A DNA stretch of 64,000 nt from a virus (Duplodnaviria; Caudoviricetes), in IMG/VR virus record IMGVR_UViG_3300030376_006003, positions 1 through 64,000 of that record; one strand, written 5' to 3'. Positions 1-9,500 of this stretch are shown piece by piece. The position numbers were made by a program, and so were the translations under genes. The notes beneath the pieces were generated by a model. That model worked only from the letters and a program-made list of their open reading frames with translations. It ran no database searches and was not told where the DNA came from. Numbering within the stretch: position 1 is the first letter of the stretch; the number at the start of each line of letters is the position of its first letter.

Positions 1-1175
1 GGAGCTACTGTATATACAATAGAAGTATCATCTCCAAAATTAGCATTTCCTGGTAATATAGCCATTATAGTATCACCACATAACGTTTGCACTACTGCTC
101 CTCCGTCAGCTCCACCATAACATGATCCACACAAACCATCTCCAAATGAATCAAATAAGGTAAATTCTATAACTGTCCCATCTGGTATACATACTTCAGT
201 GATTACTGGTACACCTGGTACAGAATAAGCTGGTGATGTAGCTAATACAGTTCCTGTTGTATCTGCTATTTCCCAAGACGTTTCTCCCGGATATGTATCT
301 GGCATTATTGATACTACTATATTAGACTCTCCTGTTGCACAATTAGCTGGGGGCATTTGACATGTCCCGTCATCAGAGTTTGCCCAAGGATTATAGTTTA
401 AAGCAAGCGGATCAGTACATCCTGGTATACAATCTGCTGTTGTTATAGTTAACGTATCCGTTAAGCTTGAGTCAGCAAGCATACCTAAGAAATAATATGT
501 AGTATTATTTTGAGAGTTACTGTATAATAAACCTGTATTAGAAAAGTTTGCTGGATAATTATACCAGGTATTACCTAGTGTATTTATATCTGTTGTTCTA
601 GTATAAGCTAGCATTCTGCAGTTAGGATTAGCCATGTTTGACCACTTATAGTGAACTTTGTTTTGTGCACCATCACAATAGTTTATAACATAAAATGTAT
701 CTAAACCTGCACAAAGAGGATAGATACATGAACCGTCATCAAATGATGCCGTTGAGTCATAGTTTACTGCAATAGGGTCTAAACACCCTCCGCTTGGTGG
801 TGCACACGGTAATATGTTTACTGTAGTATCTCTTAAATAGAAGGAGCCTAATACAGGATCCCAATCTATAATCAATCCTTGACAAGTATTTGACATCTTA
901 AAGCTAGCTGGATTTTGAGATACCCAACCATCACCATAAGAATCATTCAGTTGTATTGTATAAGAACCTGACTGAAGAGTTATTGTAGTGTCTAAATATT
1001 CATATGCAATTGTAGGTTGATAGAAGAACTGTTGTTGTCCTGAGCTATCGTTAACCATAAGAAAGTTAGACTCTGATGGTGCATAGAAATCAAACTGCAC
1101 TTTAAAGTTTACCCAACTGTTTTGTCCAAACAATAGTGCTGGTAATAGTAATAATATTAGTAATAGTTTTTTCAT
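1..1175 (-). CDS. Exported Cys-rich repeat protein resembling Bacteroidota T9SS cargo (3' end runs off the window)
   Basis: Not in the ORF track; translated by hand. ATG at 1175 overlaps the upstream TAA (TAATG). N-terminus MKKLLLILLLLPALLFG-Q is signal-peptide-like. Contains GCLDPIAVNYDSTASFDDGSC and GCTDPLALNYNPWANSDDGTC repeats, plus NDSYGDGW and DTYPGETSW...FDSFGDGLC motifs. Confidence 0.8.
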   Translation of the reverse strand, partial: MKKLLLILLLLPALLFGQNSWVNFKVQFDFYAPSESNFLMVNDSSGQQQFFYQPTIAYEYLDTTITLQSGSYTIQLNDSYGDGWVSQNPASFKMSNTCQGLIIDWDPVLGSFYLRDTTVNILPCAPPSGGCLDPIAVNYDSTASFDDGSCIYPLCAGLDTFYVINYCDGAQNKVHYKWSNMANPNCRMLAYTRTTDINTLGNTWYNYPANFSNTGLLYSNSQNNTTYYFLGMLADSSLTDTLTITTADCIPGCTDPLALNYNPWANSDDGTCQMPPANCATGESNIVVSIMPDTYPGETSWEIADTTGTVLATSPAYSVPGVPVITEVCIPDGTVIEFTLFDSFGDGLCGSCYGGADGGAVVQTLCGDTIMAILPGNANFGDDTSIVYTVA

Positions 1176-1402
1176 TATTTAGTTTTTATTTTTTCAAAGG
1201 TACTAATTCCAAAACAACCCAATGTTACAAAAACAAATGAATTGTAGATAGTATCATTAATTAACAAGTAAGCATCATCTCCTGAATACACAAAACTAGT
1301 TATAAGATCTGTTAGAGCAAATAACACCATTATAGCAAAAGATATAAAACCAATTATATTCTTTTCATTTATATCATTCTTATCTTGAAATAATTTCCAC
1401 AT
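1175..1402 (-). CDS. Small two-TM membrane protein, holin candidate
   Basis: Likely start MWKLFQDK at 1402 (75 aa). Two hydrophobic segments (IIGFISFAIMVLFAL, SFVFVTLGCFGI) and a basic C-terminus; lies near the endolysin. Confidence 0.55.
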   Translation of the reverse strand: MWKLFQDKNDINEKNIIGFISFAIMVLFALTDLITSFVYSGDDAYLLINDTIYNSFVFVTLGCFGISTFEKIKTK

Positions 1403-1406
1403 TATT

Positions 1407-1541
1407 TTATATATAGTATTTTTTATCTGGTTTTTTGTTCTTAACTTTATACCTTTTTGTACAATACCCAGTATCACACCAACCTACACAAACCATGTTG
1501 AATGTAAGTTTGCAAATAAGTTTACACATTTTTTCTTTCAT
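1407..1541 (-). CDS. 44-aa Cys/Lys-rich small protein
   Basis: Manual translation MKEKMCKLICKLTFNMVCVGWCDTGYCTKRYKVKNKKPDKKYYI. It fills the gap between neighbours with 2-nt and 4-nt spacers. Confidence 0.55.
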   Translation of the reverse strand: MKEKMCKLICKLTFNMVCVGWCDTGYCTKRYKVKNKKPDKKYYI

Positions 1542-1543
1542 AA

Positions 1544-1873
1544 TTAAAAATCACTCATTATTAATTCATCAATATATTCTTGTACCTCTTCTCTTGTTGC
1601 TGCCATCTTAAAGCTTACATCAGCTTGAAATCTTTTTACTTCTTCACCGTCTTTAAACACTATAATAGTTGGTACAACTACTATCTTATGTTTAGTCTGA
1701 AGCTTAGGTTGTTTAACTATATCAACTTTACTTACATCACAATCATTTAGTTTCTTTAACCATTCAACTTTATTTGCGGCATTCCATTCCGCATTAAAAT
1801 GAGTAACAACCACTTGACTATAAAGTTGTCCAGCGGTTGCCATAGTTAATAGTAATGTTAATAGTTTACTCAT
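1544..1873 (-). CDS. Exported thioredoxin-fold protein lacking CxxC
   Basis: Probable start MSKLLTLLL at 1873, signal-peptide-like up to LYS-Q. VVVTHFNAEWNAANK aligns with Trx VVVDFWAEWCGPCK; also KVDI and VVPTIIVFKDGEEVKRF (cis-Pro region). Confidence 0.75.
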   Translation of the reverse strand: MSKLLTLLLTMATAGQLYSQVVVTHFNAEWNAANKVEWLKKLNDCDVSKVDIVKQPKLQTKHKIVVVPTIIVFKDGEEVKRFQADVSFKMAATREEVQEYIDELIMSDF

Positions 1874-2003
1874 ACCATACTCCATATACCTTAACACCTT
1901 TAGGTTCACACATCAGAACTTTTTTCTTTATAGGTTTCTCTTTTAATAAGGCTTCATCCCAATACTTAGGATTTTTACTATTTAATTTTCTTTTCTTTGC
2001 CAT
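1866..2003 (-). CDS. 45-aa basic hypothetical protein
   Basis: Probable start MAKKRKLNSKNPKYW at 2003, just after the stop of the CDGSH mini-gene. Confidence 0.55.
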   Translation of the reverse strand: MAKKRKLNSKNPKYWDEALLKEKPIKKKVLMCEPKGVKVYGVWYE

Positions 2004-2004
2004 T

Positions 2005-2076
2005 TTAACATCCTTTGTGAGAACCGTCACATGAACCATCCTCAGCTTTTGTTTTACCACATACACATTGTGCCAT
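2005..2076 (-). CDS. 23-aa CDGSH-type iron-sulfur mini-protein
   Basis: Manual translation MAQCVCGKTKAEDGSCDGSHKGC, i.e. C-x-C-x2-T-x6-CDGSH. Confidence 0.7.
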   Translation of the reverse strand: MAQCVCGKTKAEDGSCDGSHKGC

Positions 2077-2102
2077 AATTTCTAGTTTTTATTAGTTAAT
2101 AC

Positions 2103-2387
2103 TTATCTTAATTTGTCAATCTTTTCTTCTAATCTTTTCATGTCTTCTTTTATTTCTGACACGTCATCAGCTGTAGTTTGAATAGTTTGTCTAATGAGCT
2201 GATCTTTCATATCATATTCCATTCTAGTTACATCTGGTGGAGGAGGTACTGGTAATTCTTTTGCTTCTTCAATATCTGCTTGTAAAGCAAACCACATACC
2301 TACTATTGTTGCTATCCCAAAGGCAATACCTATGAGGGTCTTAACACTTATTTTAAAAGATGTATCTTCATTTAACTCTTTGCTCAT
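2103..2387 (-). CDS. Single-TM coiled-coil membrane protein (lysis accessory candidate)
   Basis: TM segment LIGIAFGIATIVGMWFAL, Pro-rich linker, C-terminal coiled coil; ATGA overlap with the endolysin stop. Confidence 0.6.
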   Translation of the reverse strand: MSKELNEDTSFKISVKTLIGIAFGIATIVGMWFALQADIEEAKELPVPPPPDVTRMEYDMKDQLIRQTIQTTADDVSEIKEDMKRLEEKIDKLR

Positions 2388-2860
2388 TTTTTATCAATTG
2401 CTCTATGTTCATATGCGGTTCTGCCATTCTTCTTCAATGCTACTGTCAGCTTCTTTCTATTAGGTCTATGAGTTACATAGCTTACATGAATCCAATTAGG
2501 GTTATTTTCATCTCCAAACTCCCATACCATTTGATCAAAGTCTAGGTTTTCTCTTATATAGTGATATACCTCAGCATTTGTTTTATATCCAAAAGTGTCA
2601 TCTATATCCATAGCTTGACCTTTCATATGTTGTGAAGTCTTAGATCCACCAATGGCTGTGTTGACAGGCTCTCCTCTAAACATACTGTTAATCTTTATAG
2701 GACCTCCTGCCCATTCTCTTAAAGGTTCAAACACATTCTCTGCAATATCCTTCATACATTTAATTTGATCTTCATTAGGGATATTTTCTAGACCTCTTCT
2801 TTCTCCTGTTCTGCTATAGGTTGCTTCCTTCCAGCTTACATGTTTACTTATTCTATTCAT
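2384..2860 (-). CDS. Endolysin, peptidase M15A family
   Basis: INSMFR...N.AIGGSKTSQHMKGQAMDI and WIHVSY provide the H/D/H Zn ligands of M15 peptidases. Confidence 0.9.
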   Translation of the reverse strand: MNRISKHVSWKEATYSRTGERRGLENIPNEDQIKCMKDIAENVFEPLREWAGGPIKINSMFRGEPVNTAIGGSKTSQHMKGQAMDIDDTFGYKTNAEVYHYIRENLDFDQMVWEFGDENNPNWIHVSYVTHRPNRKKLTVALKKNGRTAYEHRAIDKK

Positions 2861-2871
2861 TATTTTAAATT

Positions 2872-3255
2872 TTATGGTACTACTTCATATACTTCCATTG
2901 ATACTAAAAATCCTGCAGGATGTCTTGTTGCTGTTCCTATAGCCCCTTCTGCATCAAATGTATCATGAACTATTAATTGATCACCTGCTTCCATCCAAGT
3001 TCCATTTAAACTTACACCTTTACCAACATATCCTACACCAGCATCTGCAGAATCTGAACCTGCTGGAGCTCCGTCAGCACTGGTTATTGTATACCATAAA
3101 TCTGTACCGCTTTTATGAGCACGTACAATTCTAGCAACTTTACCACTAGCAACCGTATATATACTAAGAGTTCTTTCTGATGTTCCACCAGTTAGAATAG
3201 AGGGATTTAATCTACCCGCAAGAGTGTCTACTTCTATAAATGATAAAGTTGCCAT
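2872..3255 (-). CDS. Hypothetical beta-rich protein
   Basis: 127-aa ORF closely packed in the operon. Confidence 0.65.
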   Translation of the reverse strand: MATLSFIEVDTLAGRLNPSILTGGTSERTLSIYTVASGKVARIVRAHKSGTDLWYTITSADGAPAGSDSADAGVGYVGKGVSLNGTWMEAGDQLIVHDTFDAEGAIGTATRHPAGFLVSMEVYEVVP

Positions 3256-3256
3256 G

Positions 3257-3565
3257 TTATGGTTCTAAAAAGAATAATACTTTAACTAAACCAAGTAATA
3301 CACCAGTTGTAATAATCCAAAGAACTCTAGACACTGTACTTTTCCAACGTCTTATCTCGTACATATCCTTAACTAAGGGACCAATATCTTCTCTAAATTG
3401 AGTATTTCTATTTACCCTTGATACAAATCCTTGATCTGGATTTAACAAGTGCTCTGTAATAACACCCAATTTAGAATTAATATGATCAATCTTTTCTTCC
3501 AAAGTTTCAATCTTTAGTTTCATAATGTGCAGTTCTTCATTAACCGTATATTCTCTATTAGCCAT
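3257..3565 (-). CDS. Coiled-coil protein with C-terminal TM (XhlA/holin-like architecture)
   Basis: Heptad region KIETLEEKIDHINSKL and C-terminal hydrophobic VLWIITTGVLLGLVKVLFFL; TAATG overlap with the upstream gene. Confidence 0.6.
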   Translation of the reverse strand: MANREYTVNEELHIMKLKIETLEEKIDHINSKLGVITEHLLNPDQGFVSRVNRNTQFREDIGPLVKDMYEIRRWKSTVSRVLWIITTGVLLGLVKVLFFLEP

Positions 3566-6500
3566 TATTCTGCCGGTCTTTCTTCTCCTTCTTTACACCA
3601 AGGACAATTTTCCAAACACTCTTTTTGACTAGTATATTGTAGATCTGCTGCAATTGCTGGATTTTCACTACCAGTAACAACTCTACATTTACCACCACCT
3701 GTTACAGTTTCTCTTTTTCTTTCACCTTTATACTTTCCTTCTTCTTCTACAGATTTATCATCTTTATATTTCTCTGCATCATTAGCATCAGGACAAAGAA
3801 TTTCACAGAACCATTTAGCAGAAGCCCCAGGACCTGCTTGCCCACACTCTGCTTGACAAGCTGCTAGAGTAGCATATGTTCCATTTCCTGTAACTGGATA
3901 ACACCCTGAGTGTCCACAATTATACATGGTTCTTCTTTGCCCACAACCTGTTTCATTACAAGCTGCTAAAGAACCATATGTACCATTACCATCACCAGGA
4001 TCAACACATCTTCCATCTACACAATTAAAACTTTCAGCTATAGGTGTAGAACCACCTCCACAAGGCTCATCTAAACAAAGTTGTAAAGTTGCAAAATCAC
4101 AAGGTGCTTGTCTACACTCTATACAAGAATATTGAGCTCTCTTCATTGTAAGATTATCAATATCAATATTACAACCTGTAGCCAATGCCTGCCCGTTGTC
4201 AATAATCATTATGGTAGCTGAAGTTGCTGTAGCTTTATACTGTACAGTTGTATCTCCTATACCGTCAAATCCTCCATTATTATTATTTTCAAGTGTTGCT
4301 GCAGTAGTTCCATTAAAAACTTTAATGCTAGCTATTCCTGTTTGGAAATTAGAGTTACATGCTGTAAAGGTTGTAGAAGCACTCACTTTTATATCGTAAG
4401 TGTGTCCTATTGTAAGTCCGGTCACTTTTTGAACAATACCTTGTTGATTCGTTAAGTTAACTGAACCACCTGCTGCTGCTGGTGCGCTTTGACCTGTAGG
4501 AGCAAATGGATACCAAGTTCCTGCAACCATAGGTAATGCGTCAAGTGCTGCTATTGCTGTAGCAGAGTCTCCTACTTGAGCAGCACCAAATGTAGTAGAG
4601 AAATTAACACCATCAGTAATATGATCTGTTGTACTTCCTGATACCATTGTCATATCCTTTATATCTACATAACCTGCAAAATTTAATACTCCACTTACAT
4701 AACTAGTAGCATGCATAGCACCTCCAGACATTCTTGTTCCTGAGTCACTAACATCTACAGAAGTTCCCATCATACAACCTTTTTGTATACCATAAACAGT
4801 TTCACATTGTTGTACCCAAGTTCCATCAATGAGTTTGTAAGCTTTCATATATCCTGAATCTAATCCATTAGGACCGTCATCATTCTTTCTAGATCCAACA
4901 ACTACTACATCTCCTGCAGCATTAAGTTCACAACCAGTAGCTCCAATTTCTATATTATTGTTTGATAAATAATCTTGACCAGATTGCCCTTGTATGTCGT
5001 TTCCTATTTGACTCCAAACCCCACTTCCATTATCTTGGTAAACTTGCACTATACCTTCATTATCAGCTGCTTTACCATTCATAGCAGGATGTCCAATTGC
5101 AATTCTATCTCCAGCAGCATTTATACTAACACTATGTCCTGTGTTGTTTTTAAATCCTACATTTCCATTAAGATTTCCGTATGATGCCCAAGCTGAAGAT
5201 GCATATTTATAAACTGCCCATCCACCGTCACCAGAGTTTCTACCAGGGAATCCTACTACAAGTTTAGTTCCATCATCACTAATACCAAGAGCTCCCATTA
5301 CAAATGTATCTCCTGTAATAGAAGTAGGGGTTGTAGGTGTTATATCAGCTCCTTGTTGAGCCCATGTTATACCGTTTGAAGTAGTATAAACTTTTACTTC
5401 TCCCATGTGATTATTTGTAGTTGGACCACTAAACGCAACTTTATAACCATCTCCACTTAGTGAAACTGAGTATCCTAAACCTGCTAAACTATCTGCTCCT
5501 ATTTGAAGAGTCATAGTCCAACTTGATCCGGTCCATCTGTATACATATATTTTTCCTTGACCATTGTTATGACCTGGCGCACCTACTGCTATGTAGTTTC
5601 CATCTAAATCTATATCAACAGATGAACCAAATTTTGCACCATTTGATTCACCAAATAATGTTTGTCCTTTCTGTACTGGAGTACCTGAAACATATGTATA
5701 TACTCTAACTGAACCACAATTGCTAGCGGCTGCGTTGTTTTCACTCCAATATTCTCTTTGGAATTTTTCTTTTACACCATGTTCGCCTGCTGAATCTTGA
5801 GGACCTGGACCCTCTCCACAATCATGATAAGGAGCCCCAACAACTGTTACAAGCCCGTCTCCAGATATAGCGTGAGCTAATCCTGATTTTTCATTATCTT
5901 GTATTCCATCTATTCTAGCTACTGAAGTCATTGTACACGTATCTTCATAAGCTTGCTCACAATTGTATCCTAATACTGGATCAACCCAGTTAACATCAAT
6001 ACATTGAGTTACGGTACATGCATCAGGAAGAAAAGAATCTGTTACTGTTAAACACCATAAACCGCTTTGTGTAGGTGTAAAATCTGGAATAACTGTTGAG
6101 GTCGTTCCTGCTGCAATATTAACACCATTAAGAGTCCATTGGTAAGAATAAGCAGGTGTTCCACCGGAAAGACCTACTACAGAAATAGTACCTAACGTAG
6201 GTTGTGTTATTAATGTAAAGTTAATAGGGTAGTTACTTATTCCAACAGTATATGTTGCTGTTTCTGTACATCCATTGTCATCTGTTACAACAACCGTATA
6301 GCTTCCTGCACTTACACAAGATAGATCTTCTGTATAGTATGGTCCGCCTAATCCTGTCCATAGATAAGTGAATGGTGCTGTTCCACCACTGACAGTTAAG
6401 TCAATAGATCCGCAACAATCTCCACATAAATCTTCATCTACAATTACAGCGTCTAAAGTCATACCTGATGCAGTTGAAGTAACTGCGGCAGAACCATTCC

Positions 6501-9500
6501 ATTTACAACCATTAGCGTCTGTTACTTCTAAGTAGTAGGTTCCTGCAGCTAAATTATCAATCACCGGATCAGTTGGACCATTAGTAGTCCCTGAAACAGG
6601 AATTGTTCCTGAAGCGTCTACTGTCCAGTAATAACTGTAAGGTGCTGTACCTCCAGTTGGTGTAGCAGAAGTTAAGATTCCTCCTGTTCCGTTACAAGTT
6701 ACATTAGATGTAACAGTAATACTATTAGTAATACTACCTGCTGCTGCAATCATTATTACTTCCGTGTCTGTACAACCGTTGTCATCAGTAACTACAACTT
6801 GATAAGTACCAGGACCAATATTAAGTAGATCAGATGCAGTAGCTGCGTTAGATCCTAAAGACCCTTGAGGTGTTGCTGTTGGTGTTGTCCAAGCATATGT
6901 ATATGGAGGTGTACCACAAGGTGTATTAGTGCTAACAAATATATCTGTTGTATTGCCTGATTGTAACTGCCCTGTTAATGAGAGATTAGTTATACATCCA
7001 TTTCCAGTAGCAGAATTACCTGTTGTTTGTATTTCATATACATAACCTGCTCCTTGATCACCTGTAATCACTGTACCTGGAACATCACCGTTATTAAATG
7101 GAGCTCCTATTACAAACATATCTCCAGTAGCATTTAACATTCCATCAAAACCAAAGTAATCTCCACCAAATTCTCCTCTTTTTTCATCTGCTACTAAATC
7201 CCATGAAGTTGTTCCTGAGTTCCAATCATATACTTTTACAGATCCTGCATCAGCTTGTCCAGTAGCTCCGCTTTCATCAGTAGTTGTTTTTGGAGCAGTT
7301 ACCAATACTCTATTACCTGCGGTATTAAGTGATACGGCCCAACCTGAATAACCAAAGGCTTCTGGTCCGTCTATATCAGCACCCTTTTGTGTCCAAGCTG
7401 ATCCTCCCCATTCATAAATTCTTACGTGTCCACTAGACATTCCGTTTATTCCATCATTCTTTTCAGCTCCAATAGCTATAATAGTTCCAGCTCCGTTTAT
7501 ATCAACAGAAGTACCAGAGAAATCTTCTGCGGCTTCTCCGTCAACGTCTGCTCCCATCTGTGCCCATGCACTACCATTCCATTGGTAAACTCTTACGTGA
7601 CCTGAATCATTACCAACTGCATCATCTCCTGGAGCTCCAATTACTACTTCAGATCCATCATCAGATATACCTAAGCTAAAACCAAAATTATCACTACCAC
7701 TTTCTCCGTTTATAACAGCGCCTTTTAAAGCCCAATCATTAGTACCTGAGTTCCATTCATAGATCTTTACTGCACCTGTATTACCACTAACACCTTTTGC
7801 ACCAACCGCTATATGTGTACCATCACCTGACATAACAACAGCGTGTCCAAATTGATTATCATCAGCAGCACCGTGTATTGCAGTACCTTTAGGTTCCCAT
7901 ACTCCATAACAAGATCCTGCATTAGTTTCTGTGTAGTAGTAAGCTGTTACTTTACCGTTCTGTGTAAGACCGTTAGAATCAGTAAAAGGACTTCCAATAG
8001 CACATAATGATGCATCGTGTGAAATAGATATACTTTCTCTATCTCCTATATTATCTCCAGAAACATCACCGTGAATTGCTGTTGAAGCAGCATAAGCACC
8101 ACCACTATAAGGGTATGTTGATCCTCCATTACATATTCTATATGTTCTAACAGTTCCTTTTCCTGAATTATTTGCTGGTAACCCTATCATAAATGTCATA
8201 CCATCTGCTGACATTGCAACCCCTTTACCTGTTAAAGGAGGAGTATTTGAATTATATCCACCAGCAACCTTCATGCCTGATGATTGATCAAACAGTCTTT
8301 CCCAAGTTGAAACTGATCCTGCACCAGTTACTCCATCATATTCAACTGCAACATAGACACTAGATTTTGAAGCAACAAATGTAACAGAATGAGTACCTGC
8401 TGTTGTTAAAGTACTTGTTCCTGTTAAAGTTTCTTGAGTAAATGCTGAACCACTATCGTACCATGCTGAAAGTTTCCATGTATCTCCAGAAGTAAACGAA
8501 GCTGCATCAATAGTTATTGAATATGTATATGTTTGCCCAGGGGTAAGTCCAACAACTAATTGTCCCATATCTGTACCTGGTAAGAAACAAAGTGTATTAG
8601 CAGCAGCACCTGCTGTTTGTACAGGAAATGTTCCATTATCACTATATAATTGCCAAACACCTGAACTAAATGGTGCACTCATAAACGCAGATACATTTGT
8701 ATAATTAGTAACATCCCCCCAAGTTGAAAAGTCTGTAGTTATTTGAAAAGTTTGATTATCATTTACCCAATCGTAAAATGGTCCACCAGATAAAGTGTTT
8801 AAGCTAAATCCTCCATTAACTATATATTCTGTAGTTGATCCTGATTGATCACAAGGAATAGGATCAGCAGTTAGTGTAGCATCAAACGTACAATGATCTT
8901 TTAGCATGAAAGTACCAGTACAAGTACATCCGTTTGCATCTGTTACTGTATAATCGTATAATCCTGTAGTAGATAATCCTGTTAATGCAAAGTTAGTTGA
9001 TGTAAATCCACTTGGTCCTGTCCATGCAATAGTATAAGAAGCAGTACCACCACTTGCAGTAACTGTAACTGCTCCATCATTTCCAAGACAGCTCATTTGA
9101 GATTGAGAAGTTTTTATACATTGTAATACTGGTGGGTCAGTTAAAGTAACTGGTACAGAACTAGCAATCATTGTAATAAGACCTGTTGTATCATTAGTTG
9201 CAAAGTAGTCATATGTATAGTTACCTGAACATAAATCTCCTCCTGAATTTCCAAAAACATGAGGTGAAGGGAAAGAAGCTAAAGGTCCGTGTGTATGAAT
9301 AGCCGTACCACCAGAATTATATAAAACTAATGTGAATTTTTCTCCTGTAAAAGTTTGTACGGAAGGTGTCCAAGTTATAAATCCGTCACAAGTACTACCT
9401 GTATTTTCATTATAACAATCTGGATTTGTAGCAACATGGGTGATTGTTGGCATTGGGTCCATTGGACAAACTATGTCTACATTCTTAGTTACATTACATC

